52,280 bases of DNA from a virus (lineage: Duplodnaviria; Caudoviricetes): the IMG/VR virus record IMGVR_UViG_3300042940_003066, positions 1 to 52,280 of that record; one strand, written 5' to 3'. The position numbers and the translations under genes were made by a program. Positions 9,093-19,491 of this stretch are shown here, piece after piece; the first letter of the stretch is position 1; each line of letters opens with the position of its first letter. The notes under the pieces are model-generated. The model was not told the origin of the DNA. It ran no database searches and worked only from the letters and a program-made list of their open reading frames with translations.

Positions 9093-9499
9093 TAATCATC
9101 ACATTCTATATAATATCCATCATCATCTGGAAGAGTTACATTATCTTCTATTTTTGCACTAAAAAAACAATATGATAAACTTGAGTGAGCAATCAGTAGT
9201 TTCATAAATGTTTCATATAAAGAAAAATCTGTGCAATAAGGTGTGTGAATTTGAAGTACTTTGTCATAATTTAATAGAATAAATTGTTGATTATTAATAC
9301 TCACAATATAAAATTTATTTAGACTTGTGTCAACTGAAAATGCTTGAAGTCCTGGAACATTTTTCTTAAGATTTTCCCAATCTACTCCTAGATTGTTTTG
9401 AACTGGAAAAATACTTCTTCCCCATTCTTTTAATGTAAAGATTTTCTCAATATCATATGAAGATTGTCTTGGTAAATTGTAAATATCTTTTATTTTCAT
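9092..9499 (-). CDS. Hypothetical protein
   Basis: 135-aa ORF with TATAAT shortly upstream. Confidence 0.6.
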   Translation of the reverse strand: MKIKDIYNLPRQSSYDIEKIFTLKEWGRSIFPVQNNLGVDWENLKKNVPGLQAFSVDTSLNKFYIVSINNQQFILLNYDKVLQIHTPYCTDFSLYETFMKLLIAHSSLSYCFFSAKIEDNVTLPDDDGYYIECDD

Positions 9500-9583
9500 T
9501 TCACTAATATTATACCTAAATTGTGTTTGACATTGATGAAAAATTTGGTATAATAGATTTGTAAGTTGAAATGCTTACTAAAT

Positions 9584-9656
9584 GCAACCATAGCTCAGCG
9601 GATAGAGCAACTGCCTTCTAAGCAGTTGGTCGCAGGTTCGAGTCCTGCTGGTTGTA
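9584..9656 (+). tRNA. tRNA-Arg(TCT)
   Basis: Anticodon arm ACTGC-CTTCTAA-GCAGT, GGTTCGAGTCC. Confidence 0.93.
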
Positions 9657-9673
9657 TATATCCCCTGTAAAAA

Positions 9674-9700
9674 GGGGATTTTTATTTTAATATCAAGAAT
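9674..9700 (+). promoter_or_regulatory. GG-N18-AGAAT putative late promoter, 9 nt before ATG
   Basis: Same geometry upstream of 10425. Confidence 0.55.
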
Positions 9701-9709
9701 ATAATCTCT

Positions 9710-10369
9710 ATGTGGTATAAAATAGCAAAGTTTAATTCCGAAGTTGACAATCTTGACAATACAAATGATCCTGATAGCCTCTATGGAGCAATGACAGGAT
9801 ATATTTTTTCAATTAAGCAAAAAACTTCTGATTTGCAAAAGATATCAGATGCATTTAGAAGTTATAAAAACAAATTAATTGCAGAAGACAATTTTAATTC
9901 AAGCGATATCATATCAAATTATAATAAAATTGTAGAAGAAAATAATTTGCCTACAAATGATGATAAGTCTGATACTAATAATGACACAGGTGAATTGAAT
10001 TTTAAAAAACCACTAGATGGATCAATAACTTCAAATTTTGGACCTAGAGATGCTCCTATGGACGGTGCATCTACAAATCATCAGGGTATTGATATTGATG
10101 GAAATGAAGATGATTTTGTTATAGCTTCTGAAAGTGGCACAATTACACATGCTGGTCCCAAAGGTAGCTATGGAAATTTGGTGATTATTGATCATGGTGG
10201 CGGTTATGAAACTTATTATGCACACTTGAGTAGTATTGATGTTCGTGTTGATGAAGAAGTGATGCAAAATAGAGTAATTGGAAAAGTTGGTAAAACAGGT
10301 CGTGCAACAGGACCACATTTGCATTTTGAACTGCGATTGAATGGATCACCAGTGAGTCCAAATTTTTAG
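9710..10369 (+). CDS. M23 family peptidoglycan endopeptidase with MWYK tag
   Basis: HQGIDID, YAHL, GPHLHFE. Confidence 0.92.
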   Translation: MWYKIAKFNSEVDNLDNTNDPDSLYGAMTGYIFSIKQKTSDLQKISDAFRSYKNKLIAEDNFNSSDIISNYNKIVEENNLPTNDDKSDTNNDTGELNFKKPLDGSITSNFGPRDAPMDGASTNHQGIDIDGNEDDFVIASESGTITHAGPKGSYGNLVIIDHGGGYETYYAHLSSIDVRVDEEVMQNRVIGKVGKTGRATGPHLHFELRLNGSPVSPNF

Positions 10370-10388
10370 AATGAAAACCCCCTTCTAC

Positions 10389-10415
10389 AGGGTTTTTTTT
10401 CTTTTGAAATAGAAT
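10389..10415 (+). promoter_or_regulatory. AGGG-N18-AGAAT putative late promoter, 9 nt before ATG
   Basis: Motif repeated before several putative virion genes. Confidence 0.55.
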
Positions 10416-10424
10416 AATTGACAT

Positions 10425-11255
10425 ATGTGGTACAAAATAGCTTCAATTCAAAATAATGTTCAAGATATAATTTCTTTTTTTAAGGAAAAATATCCAGAAG
10501 TTGAATTATCAATTTATGAACTTGCCCAAGTAATTGAATTGTCTAGAATTAGAGTTCCAAAAAATATGCAAGATTCTGGTATAGGTTCTGAAATACTTAC
10601 AAAATTAAAAGAGTATAGCGATCAAGTTGGCAAACCTATAGTACTTTATCCTGAACATGATAAGGGTAAAAAAACAGAGTTGCGGAGATTTTACAAAAAA
10701 AATGATTTTGTTCCTAACAAAGGTAGAAATAAAGATTTTTCATTTAGAGAACCTCTATATTACAAAAATATAAAAACATCTTCATATTTAGATGATGATC
10801 CAATTGCTCAAAGAATAAGAAAAATCAGCTCAAAAATTGCTGCAGCTGCTCAATCAGTTTATGATGACTGGGATCCTAAGAAATTTAATTCAGAAGAAGA
10901 ATATAGAGATGCATGGGGTGTTGGAGGCATCTGCAATTATATTGCTAAAGAAATAGCTGATGTAGTAAAAGCAGAATTTCCAGAATTTACAGTTCTTACA
11001 CAGAATGAAGAAGGCAATCATTGCAACCATGAATATGTTCAAGTTGTCGCAGTTTCAAACGAAGCATTTGACATTCCTTCTGACGAAAACGATGATGAAA
11101 CTGTAGATGTTTATGATATTGATATTCCTTATTCTTGTTATGAAATTTGTAATAGCTATTATGATTTTTCAAGAATTGATGATGTTGAACTTACAGCAGA
11201 TAGTGTAAGCATATATAAACATAGCGAATATTTGTCAGATATAAGAGAATATTAA
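10425..11255 (+). CDS. MWYK-tagged two-domain protein: GNAT-like acetyltransferase plus Cys/His (papain/transglutaminase-like) domain
   Basis: SRIRVPKNMQDSGIGSEIL...LRRFYKKNDF; second domain GGICNYIA...NHEYV. Confidence 0.65.
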   Translation: MWYKIASIQNNVQDIISFFKEKYPEVELSIYELAQVIELSRIRVPKNMQDSGIGSEILTKLKEYSDQVGKPIVLYPEHDKGKKTELRRFYKKNDFVPNKGRNKDFSFREPLYYKNIKTSSYLDDDPIAQRIRKISSKIAAAAQSVYDDWDPKKFNSEEEYRDAWGVGGICNYIAKEIADVVKAEFPEFTVLTQNEEGNHCNHEYVQVVAVSNEAFDIPSDENDDETVDVYDIDIPYSCYEICNSYYDFSRIDDVELTADSVSIYKHSEYLSDIREY

Positions 11256-11256
11256 A

Positions 11257-11595
11257 ATGTGGTATAGAATTTCTCAATCTTTGTTTAATCAAACGTCTGA
11301 AACTAATGAAGAATGGTTGCAAAGACATCAAGTTCAAAAAGAGGGTGATAAATATGTTTTTTATCATGGTTCTAGAATTGATCTTAATGTATTGAGAGCA
11401 AAATCATTATTAGCCACTACACCTGAAGAAGCAACAGACTTTGGCGACACTAATTTTTTCAATGACAGAAGAAAATCTCTTATAATTTACAAAGTGTTAG
11501 TTTCTCCTGAAGAAATAAATCCTGGATATTGGGCTTCATTAATTAACGATCATCCTGTAAGTGTTTTATATAAAATTAAAAAGAAAGTAAAATAA
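11257..11595 (+). CDS. MWYR-tagged ADP-ribosyltransferase-like protein
   Basis: VFYHGS ... LATTPEEATDFG ... IIYKV pattern of ART-fold proteins. Confidence 0.55.
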   Translation: MWYRISQSLFNQTSETNEEWLQRHQVQKEGDKYVFYHGSRIDLNVLRAKSLLATTPEEATDFGDTNFFNDRRKSLIIYKVLVSPEEINPGYWASLINDHPVSVLYKIKKKVK

Positions 11596-11596
11596 A

Positions 11597-13813
11597 ATGT
11601 GGTATAAACTTGCACAAAATGCAGAAAAAGCTTTCGAAACACTTAAAGAAAAAGGTGTAAGCCAAGACAATATTACCAAGCTTCAAGAGATGGCAGATCT
11701 TGCCTTAAGAGGAAAATATATTGGCGCATTGATGCAAAACCCATTAATGTCTTGGAATGAGTTAGAAGAAAAATTAAGTCCAAAAAAGACAAATAATCTT
11801 TCAATTCAAGAAATGAGATTGCTTTCTGAAATAGATACTTTGGTTACCAATTCTAATCTATCTGAGGAGCAAAAAGCTAACTTTTACAAATGGGTCGATA
11901 GAGTGGCTATTCCTTCTTATAGACCTAATCAGTTTGACCCTGAAAATTACACTTACCCAAAATTTTCAAACATGCCATACAACGCTGTTACCATGATTGG
12001 AACAGAAATAAGACATGTATTTGACTGGTATGTAGATCATTTAGATCAAAGCCCAAGATTCAATATTTTTTCAATGACTCTTGATCAAGCAATGCAAGCA
12101 AGTGACAGATGGCATGAAGAACTTGCAAATCAAACATCAACAAAAACATTTACTAAGATTAAAAAAGAAAATGGACAAATAGTTGATCCAAATGTCGTAT
12201 TCATTTTTGATAAAGAGACAATTGATAGAATTGGTTTATCTGATAAATATGTTGGTTGGATGATTGTCAAGATAACAGAAGAAAGTGATTTTGATATTGA
12301 AGGCGATATCATGGGTCACTGTGTAGGAACTAACAATTATTTTACTCAATTTCAAAGGGGTACAATTGAAATCTTTTCTTTACGTGATGAATCAAACCAA
12401 CCACATGTAACCATTGAAATTGATTTACCAGACTCTGTTCAGCAAATTAAGGGCAAAGGCAATTCCAGACCTAAAGATGATTACTTGAAATTGATTCAGC
12501 AATGGATATATCAAGGAAAATATTATTCAAAAGATAAAACTTATGATCACGAATTTTATTTTAGATCAGGTTCTGATGAAAACAGAGCATTAGAATCTAT
12601 ACAAGAATACTTAAATCCATATTTTGATGAAGATTCAACTGACGGTCTAGGAGTTCCTTTACGACCTGTTACTGTAGATGAAGATGAATTTATTGAAGAA
12701 TTTGATATTGACTATTTGATAGATAAAATAGGACAAAACCGTGGTGGCTATTATGATGATCCAGAATTTTACAAATCATCTGAAGAAATTAATTATGAAG
12801 GATTTGAAGAATTAATTTCTTATATTGGAGATATGTTCATTCGCCACGATATTAATTACTTAAAAGAATATGCAAAAGAATCTCGTCCATTAGGGATTAA
12901 TCAAAAAGAAGTCAAAGCTAAACTTAAAATTGAAGTTGTTAAGGATCACTTAATGACTTATATTGATGAAGAATTAGAACAGATTACTGAACCACAAAGT
13001 AGGAAATTTAGAGAACAAGATCTCGGTCCTGCAAGATTATTTAACTTCAAAGATAAAAGTCCAGAAGAAATAGATGATATAGCAATGTCGCCATATCGTA
13101 GAGAACCTAAACGTGGAAGAGCTAAATTTGATGAAGATGGCGAAAAAATACTTAAACAATACGATGGAATCTACGATGTATATTCAGTTTATTTTACAGA
13201 TGAATTGTATGAATATATGTTAAAAAATCTTCCATCTGAGTTTTATGGATTAGCTAATAAAATCGGATTGAATTTAGATTTATCACCTATCACTCCAAGT
13301 TCTGTTGTGAAATTTTACAATAAATACAGAAACTACAACCATGGAAGAAATAGACAGTTAGAATTATTTGACACTAACTCTGATGTATCTCCCGAAAAAT
13401 GGATTTATGCTTACAATCATAAAAAGTTTAGATTAGCAGCAGTACAAGACGAGGGGCTGTCTGATTTTAGCTACAATGATTTATTCAAACCTTCTAAAGA
13501 TATATCTAACAAACAAATATTAGAAAATATCAAAGATTTTTACATAAGTAAATGCTTGCAAACAATAAAATCTGAAGGACCTGATCCTGATTATGATGGC
13601 AATTATTTTGCAGATATCACTGAAGAACTGCATTTGATGTGGGAAGAATATATAGACGACATAAAAAAAGGCGATATCAATTCTTTAAAGAGTGTTATTG
13701 AAATTGCTTTAGAATATGAATCAACACTTTCTGAAGATTCAAATGAACGTGAAAAATTGTCTCAAATGATTTCATCAGGCAGTATTGCAGTAGTGATAAA
13801 GAGAGATTTATAA
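11597..13813 (+). CDS. MWYK-tagged PcfJ-like domain protein
   Basis: EGDIMGHCVG...IFSLRD..NQPHVTIEI...QIKGKGN. Confidence 0.75.
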   Translation: MWYKLAQNAEKAFETLKEKGVSQDNITKLQEMADLALRGKYIGALMQNPLMSWNELEEKLSPKKTNNLSIQEMRLLSEIDTLVTNSNLSEEQKANFYKWVDRVAIPSYRPNQFDPENYTYPKFSNMPYNAVTMIGTEIRHVFDWYVDHLDQSPRFNIFSMTLDQAMQASDRWHEELANQTSTKTFTKIKKENGQIVDPNVVFIFDKETIDRIGLSDKYVGWMIVKITEESDFDIEGDIMGHCVGTNNYFTQFQRGTIEIFSLRDESNQPHVTIEIDLPDSVQQIKGKGNSRPKDDYLKLIQQWIYQGKYYSKDKTYDHEFYFRSGSDENRALESIQEYLNPYFDEDSTDGLGVPLRPVTVDEDEFIEEFDIDYLIDKIGQNRGGYYDDPEFYKSSEEINYEGFEELISYIGDMFIRHDINYLKEYAKESRPLGINQKEVKAKLKIEVVKDHLMTYIDEELEQITEPQSRKFREQDLGPARLFNFKDKSPEEIDDIAMSPYRREPKRGRAKFDEDGEKILKQYDGIYDVYSVYFTDELYEYMLKNLPSEFYGLANKIGLNLDLSPITPSSVVKFYNKYRNYNHGRNRQLELFDTNSDVSPEKWIYAYNHKKFRLAAVQDEGLSDFSYNDLFKPSKDISNKQILENIKDFYISKCLQTIKSEGPDPDYDGNYFADITEELHLMWEEYIDDIKKGDINSLKSVIEIALEYESTLSEDSNEREKLSQMISSGSIAVVIKRDL

Positions 13814-14604
13814 TGTGGTACAAATTAGCTATCACTAAAGTTGATCCTTCTGGTCAAATCAATATGGATTTTTCTGGTAAAAATACTTATCCACTTAATC
13901 CTGGTGAAAAACCTAAACGTTTTGATTTGGATAATTTAAAGTTTGAAGTGATTGAAGATGATGAATACCCAGAAGAATATAGATTGTATGCCTATCTTTA
14001 TGATGGAAGAAAATTAGGTTATATCGATTTCGAAGCTCCTGACAGTTCTGATACCGCTCGTATTATATACACATCAATATATGAATATCCTACATCTAAA
14101 GGCAAGAAACAATACGGAAAACCTGTTAACCCAGAAGATAAAAAAAAATCTGAATATCTAGACCAATTATCAAGTGCTGGATATTTGGTTGATGATTCTT
14201 CAATTACTAGAGTTGATTGGGGAATTGGAAAAAAATTATATCAAGAGCTTAAAAAATACCTTCAAATACAAAAGCCAAATATAAAATTTATCACTGGGCG
14301 TGTTCATTCAAAAGAAGCATTTTGGGCAAGATTCAAAGGGCTTGGTTTTCCAATTGAAGCTACTGATCCTTACCAATCGTATGATAAAGAAATAAAAGAA
14401 GAACACTCTAATCTTCCAGAAGAAGAAAAACTCAAGCTTGTTAGAAATATGGCTAATGAATTGGGAAGTGCAAGTTTTGATCCTTCTGGAATTTCTGATG
14501 CACCACAATGGCATTTTGATGTCAAAAATAAAATTGAAAGATTGCCATCTAATGATAAACAAAAATTTCAAACTTCTGATGTCAATTTATTTGAAGAGGA
14601 TTAA
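13813..14604 (+). CDS. MWYK-tagged GNAT-like protein
   Basis: LGYIDF...WGIGKKLYQEL motif-A-like segment. Confidence 0.5.
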   Translation: MWYKLAITKVDPSGQINMDFSGKNTYPLNPGEKPKRFDLDNLKFEVIEDDEYPEEYRLYAYLYDGRKLGYIDFEAPDSSDTARIIYTSIYEYPTSKGKKQYGKPVNPEDKKKSEYLDQLSSAGYLVDDSSITRVDWGIGKKLYQELKKYLQIQKPNIKFITGRVHSKEAFWARFKGLGFPIEATDPYQSYDKEIKEEHSNLPEEEKLKLVRNMANELGSASFDPSGISDAPQWHFDVKNKIERLPSNDKQKFQTSDVNLFEED

Positions 14605-14606
14605 TT

Positions 14607-16232
14607 ATGTGGTATAGATTTGCAAATTTACAAGATGAAGTGGAAAAGCTAAGAACACAAGGTGTAGATGAATCTATATTATCTGTTTTTTCTAATTCAA
14701 AATATGACGATGCTACAAAAGGTAAAATGCTAGGCGCTATAAAGAAAAATCCTAACATTTCATTACAAGAATTAGAAAATCTATCCAGACAAAATAAACC
14801 AACAAGAGAAGAACAATTTATATTAGCTCGTTTTCAAAATGAAAAATTTAAAAATTGGCTTTTTCATAAATTAAAAGGTTGGAGAGTTCAACCAGCTAGA
14901 CCTGATGGAGAATACAGTCATAATATTCCACAAGGTGGTTTTGGAGATCATGGTAATTTTTTAGAATTAGCTCTTCATGTTCAAGATTTTGTAAATAATA
15001 TTGAAATTAATGATCCCGATTATAATTTAGGCTTAAAATCTTGGGAGGAAGTAGTCCAAGATACAGATCAATGGGAATCAATGTTGCAAGGTAGAGGCTC
15101 AGGTAAATTTTACAATCCAGCTGACAGAAATGAAATAATGAAATACCCAGATGGCTGGAGTATGGTAGAAGTGATTTCTGAAAATGATTTAGATGTAGAA
15201 GGCGCAAAAATGCACCACTGTGTTGCTGGATATTGGGATGAAGTAAGAAGAGGCAATACAAATATTTATTCCTTAAGAGACCCTGGAAATCAACCACATG
15301 TAACAATAGAAGTGGTTGGTGATAAAGTTAAACAAGTCAAAGGGCATAATAATAAAAAAATTACAGAAGATGATTTAGTAGAAAAAATTAAAGAGTTTTT
15401 TGAAAGCCAAGACGATATTGAAAAAGATATCAGACGCAATCCAATGTTGGATCATTTTGAAGATTGGCAAGAAGGAATATATTGGACTTATGACCCAACT
15501 GAAATAGATTACAATATTCACAGATCTATATATGGTCCAGAAGAATATGAAGTTGATGATCTCGATGATGATGCTCCTGAAGATTTTAATAGATTTGGTA
15601 TCAGATCACCAGTATTTGATTATAAAAAATTCAGTGAAGGAAATTTATACCAGGCTAATATGACAGATATAACACAAAATGTTATAGATTCGATTACCAA
15701 TGGTTTAAACAAAAATAGAGATGCTTATAGTTACGGCGATAGAAAAGAATATACAATCGAAGATTATGATTTAGAAGATTATGCTGAAAAAATATACGAT
15801 GGATTGGTGGCTAAAGCTTTATTAGCCCTAAGCCAAAGTCCAATATCTCATGATTTTAGAAAATATTTGGATGCCAGATTTTTTCTTGAAGTGGCTACAA
15901 AAGAATATGAAAACATGAAGGAAAAATATCAAGATGATTCACCTGGTGAAGATTTCGGAAAATGGTATCAAAATCAACCTGAATTTTTGTGGTTCATAAT
16001 TGCAGAAAAAATACAAGAATGGTTTGAAAAGAGTAATTTCGCATTTAGATTCAAGGACATAAGAGGCGAAGAGTTTAAATTGCCTTCTGGATATAAAAAA
16101 TGGTGGTATGGAGGAGATGAACAAGAAAATATCACTCCTTTTATCAATACTAAAGAAATCAGAGAAACAATACTGAAGGATGATGAAAAATTTGCATCAT
16201 ACAATAATAATGTTTACAGAAAAGGCTCATAA
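14607..16232 (+). CDS. MWYR-tagged PcfJ-like domain protein (paralog of 11597)
   Basis: EGAKMHHCVAGY...IYSLRDPGNQPHVTIEV...QVKGHNN; N-terminal 60 aa similar to 11597. Confidence 0.75.
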   Translation: MWYRFANLQDEVEKLRTQGVDESILSVFSNSKYDDATKGKMLGAIKKNPNISLQELENLSRQNKPTREEQFILARFQNEKFKNWLFHKLKGWRVQPARPDGEYSHNIPQGGFGDHGNFLELALHVQDFVNNIEINDPDYNLGLKSWEEVVQDTDQWESMLQGRGSGKFYNPADRNEIMKYPDGWSMVEVISENDLDVEGAKMHHCVAGYWDEVRRGNTNIYSLRDPGNQPHVTIEVVGDKVKQVKGHNNKKITEDDLVEKIKEFFESQDDIEKDIRRNPMLDHFEDWQEGIYWTYDPTEIDYNIHRSIYGPEEYEVDDLDDDAPEDFNRFGIRSPVFDYKKFSEGNLYQANMTDITQNVIDSITNGLNKNRDAYSYGDRKEYTIEDYDLEDYAEKIYDGLVAKALLALSQSPISHDFRKYLDARFFLEVATKEYENMKEKYQDDSPGEDFGKWYQNQPEFLWFIIAEKIQEWFEKSNFAFRFKDIRGEEFKLPSGYKKWWYGGDEQENITPFINTKEIRETILKDDEKFASYNNNVYRKGS

Positions 16233-16280
16233 TTCTAAACATTGACGACTTACCAAATCTTTAACAATTAAATAACTGTT

Positions 16281-18635
16281 TTAGTAAATGTCAAAGTCAT
16301 CATCATCAGAATCGTCATCTTCATACATGTATTTGAAATCAACATAGTCTTCTGCACTTGCTCCAGCACGGTCAGCATCGAACTTTTTCTTAATTGCATC
16401 AAATTGAACTTTTGTAATTTCACTACTTATATTTAGAGCATCAGCTTCTTTTTCATGATACTTATCTCCTGGTTTTAGTCCAAGAGCTATCATTGCTCTA
16501 CCTCTTGTCATTTTTTGCGAGGAATTTGCGGGTAAAGTTGCTGGTCTTGCTGATGTAGATGGTGTAGTAAACAATGATGGATTTAATTTTTTAAGTTTTG
16601 ATTCTAATTTTGCATTTGCAATATCTTTGATTAGAAATTGTTTTTCATATTTAGAATTTATGATACCTACAGCAGCATCTGCCAAAGCATTTTTCTGTTC
16701 TTCTGAAATATTTTCCAAGTATTCTCTTGTAAATTTATTGGATTTCATCAGAAGTCTAACAAAATCATCATCAGAAAGCAAGTTTGATGGTATGTCGGAA
16801 ATATTATTGGATCTATTTACAACAATTTCAAAAAGTCCCTCAACTCCTAATTCGCCAGTCGATTGTTGAATTTCTCTTGGAATAGATTGTAAATTATAAG
16901 CACCAGTTTGCATGCCAATAGCTATCAATTCAAATGCTAAATCGTAATTATAAGAGTCATAAGAATCATCAGACATTGCTGCTACAACTGTACCAGTATG
17001 ATTGAATCTTTCATCAAATTCTATATCTTGCCCAAACCCATACACACCGGAGACATTTTCTCCAGAGCTTTGATTGCCAGTTAATATTTCTACAGATATA
17101 AGATTATTTTTTAAACATTCAGTTACAAATTCAATAGTCAATACATCTTTAGTTAGATAAAATGGCTTTGTAATTTTGTATTTTTTGGATAAAATTGTTT
17201 CTTGCGTCTTTTTGATTGCTTCTAAAACATCCATTTGATCTATAATAGCTTTTTCAAAAAGATCAAAGTCGATTTCTTGATTAGCAAATGCATCGATAAT
17301 TCCATCTACATTAGTTATTGAATTAAATGATGATTTGCACATTTCGCTCATTGTAGGAACTAGAGATTGAAGTTCATCAATTGTAAATAATTCGAAAAAT
17401 CTTAAGTCAAAAGCGAATTCCGTGGTAAAGATTTTTTCAGAAAGAAACTTCTTCATGTAATCTTTAAACTCTTGATTAGATTGAGCATATGACAGTGATA
17501 TTTTTGGAACATTGCCAATAAAGTTTTGAATATATCTGTCAAGAACAGTGAATAATTTATATTGCACTATTGTGTCAAAATTATTTTCATCTAATCCAAT
17601 ATTAACAACGGACAAAAGATCAGAACGTAATTTAGTTCTATACAACATCGGATCTTTTTCAATAACTCTTTGAATACGTTCATCTTGACGTTGTGTAGCA
17701 ACAAGATTTAATAGCTCTCTAAATACATTTTTACGTTCATACATAAACATAAATTGAGCAAATGACAAATCATATCTTCTTAAAATATATGCTTCTTTGT
17801 CCATATATGATAAGTCCATAAACCAAGATAAACTTTTGTTTTCATCAGCAAATTTTAATTTTGTCTCTTGCTCTTCAGGCGATAAAGGTCTTGGTGTAAA
17901 ATCTTCTTCTTTTATTTCGCCATTAGAAATATCACTTAAATATTTAAAATAGCCTTTGATACTTTTTCCATAACTTTTACCATCAACTATCAATTCAGCT
18001 TTTAAAGTAAATCCAGTATCATTTATTTCATCTGTAATTTCAATTTCATTAGGTCGAACATCAATTGCCACTTTACGGAATGGATACTTTCTGTTTGGAT
18101 CCTCTACAACATAAAAATTACTTTCATTGTTGTATCTGTAATTTAAGAACATTCCAGTGGAACGATCACCAATACACCACGATGTTCCTACACATACTTT
18201 TTCTGACTCTTCGTAAGTTTTTGGATTGTATACTTTGATTTTTCCATTAGCGATTACAGGATTCATGTCCAATGTTGCTGCCATATCTTTTTTTGGTTTC
18301 AATTGGGAATCCAAATAATCAATATGTTCAACAATAGCTTCAAAATCATCAAAATCAACTTCGTCAAAAGAAGAGCTTATTTCTAGAGATTTTTTTGATA
18401 CTTTAGTGGTAATTACATTTCTTTGTTTTAATTCAAACATTTTTTCAGAAAGATGATTAAGTGCTAATTTTATTTCTGCTGAATCTCTGTTTTCTGCAAC
18501 GATGTAACAATATGCAAGTTCTAATTGTATATTACTAGGCGCTTTTTCAATCACTTCTGGAACAGGCAAAGGAGAAAGAAATTTTGTTATTTGCGCTGAA
18601 GCTGAAAAGACATTTTTAGAAAATTTGTACCACAT
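16281..18635 (-). CDS. MWYK-tagged large protein with TSWCI motif domain
   Basis: 784 aa; KVCVGTSWCIG...FLNYR...FYVV; acidic tail. Confidence 0.65.
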   Translation of the reverse strand: MWYKFSKNVFSASAQITKFLSPLPVPEVIEKAPSNIQLELAYCYIVAENRDSAEIKLALNHLSEKMFELKQRNVITTKVSKKSLEISSSFDEVDFDDFEAIVEHIDYLDSQLKPKKDMAATLDMNPVIANGKIKVYNPKTYEESEKVCVGTSWCIGDRSTGMFLNYRYNNESNFYVVEDPNRKYPFRKVAIDVRPNEIEITDEINDTGFTLKAELIVDGKSYGKSIKGYFKYLSDISNGEIKEEDFTPRPLSPEEQETKLKFADENKSLSWFMDLSYMDKEAYILRRYDLSFAQFMFMYERKNVFRELLNLVATQRQDERIQRVIEKDPMLYRTKLRSDLLSVVNIGLDENNFDTIVQYKLFTVLDRYIQNFIGNVPKISLSYAQSNQEFKDYMKKFLSEKIFTTEFAFDLRFFELFTIDELQSLVPTMSEMCKSSFNSITNVDGIIDAFANQEIDFDLFEKAIIDQMDVLEAIKKTQETILSKKYKITKPFYLTKDVLTIEFVTECLKNNLISVEILTGNQSSGENVSGVYGFGQDIEFDERFNHTGTVVAAMSDDSYDSYNYDLAFELIAIGMQTGAYNLQSIPREIQQSTGELGVEGLFEIVVNRSNNISDIPSNLLSDDDFVRLLMKSNKFTREYLENISEEQKNALADAAVGIINSKYEKQFLIKDIANAKLESKLKKLNPSLFTTPSTSARPATLPANSSQKMTRGRAMIALGLKPGDKYHEKEADALNISSEITKVQFDAIKKKFDADRAGASAEDYVDFKYMYEDDDSDDDDFDIY

Positions 18636-18644
18636 GATATGTTT

Positions 18645-19028
18645 TTATTCTACAGGCTCATAAGAAATTCTTACCAAAGGATCTCCTGAAATATATAAAT
18701 ATCTTACATGAACATTTTCAATGTATCTTGATGTATCATCTGGAAATATTTCAGCTCTCACTAAAAGATCAATTAATGGTTTTGCTAAATTATCAATATC
18801 GTTTTTTTGTCTCCATAAATGATTAGCCATAACAAGCAATTCAACATTCACTGGAAACTGTTTTGCAGGCAACATGTCATTTATTAGTATTGGAAGATTT
18901 TTCTCAATCCATGCATTGTATTTCTTAGATTTCACCATTTTTCCACGAGCAATTGGAACATACATTTGATTTGCTGAAAAAGGTTTATTTACAATACAAG
19001 ATGTCTTTTGCATCATGAATTTATACAA
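18645..19028 (-). CDS. rusA: RusA-like Holliday junction resolvase
   Basis: PFSANQMY, DIDNLAKPLIDLL, FPDD motifs. Confidence 0.85.
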   Translation of the reverse strand: MYKFMMQKTSCIVNKPFSANQMYVPIARGKMVKSKKYNAWIEKNLPILINDMLPAKQFPVNVELLVMANHLWRQKNDIDNLAKPLIDLLVRAEIFPDDTSRYIENVHVRYLYISGDPLVRISYEPVE

Positions 19029-19074
19029 GTCAAATTCAGAATTTATTTTTCTTAAAATAAGGCTATAATAGACT

Positions 19075-19443
19075 ATGCAAGATAAAAGTTATTGGTTTTT
19101 TTATGTTTTTGTAGAATGTATGGTTTATAACAATAGATCATTTTGCGAAGATGATTTCAATGCATTATTAGAATCTCAAAGACTTAGTAAAATAAAAATG
19201 AACTTCAACGATGAAGTTAAAGACTTTGTTGATGAATGTAAAATATTAGACGATATAGATTATGAACTAAACAAAAATAATTTCTGGATGCCAAAAAATA
19301 ACATTATAAATCACGATTACAATTTGCAAAATATAATAAAAGACTTAAGACTTGATTTGGAACTTGAACATACAAATAATGATTTCTATGATTCTTCTTG
19401 CGATATTGTCCAAAAAATAAATAACTATTTGAGCTTCTTGTAA
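19075..19443 (+). CDS. Hypothetical protein
   Basis: TATAAT directly before ATG. Confidence 0.55.
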   Translation: MQDKSYWFFYVFVECMVYNNRSFCEDDFNALLESQRLSKIKMNFNDEVKDFVDECKILDDIDYELNKNNFWMPKNNIINHDYNLQNIIKDLRLDLELEHTNNDFYDSSCDIVQKINNYLSFL

Positions 19444-19491
19444 AACCCTTGAACAAAGGGTTTTTCTTTTTAACATACAAAAAATATATGT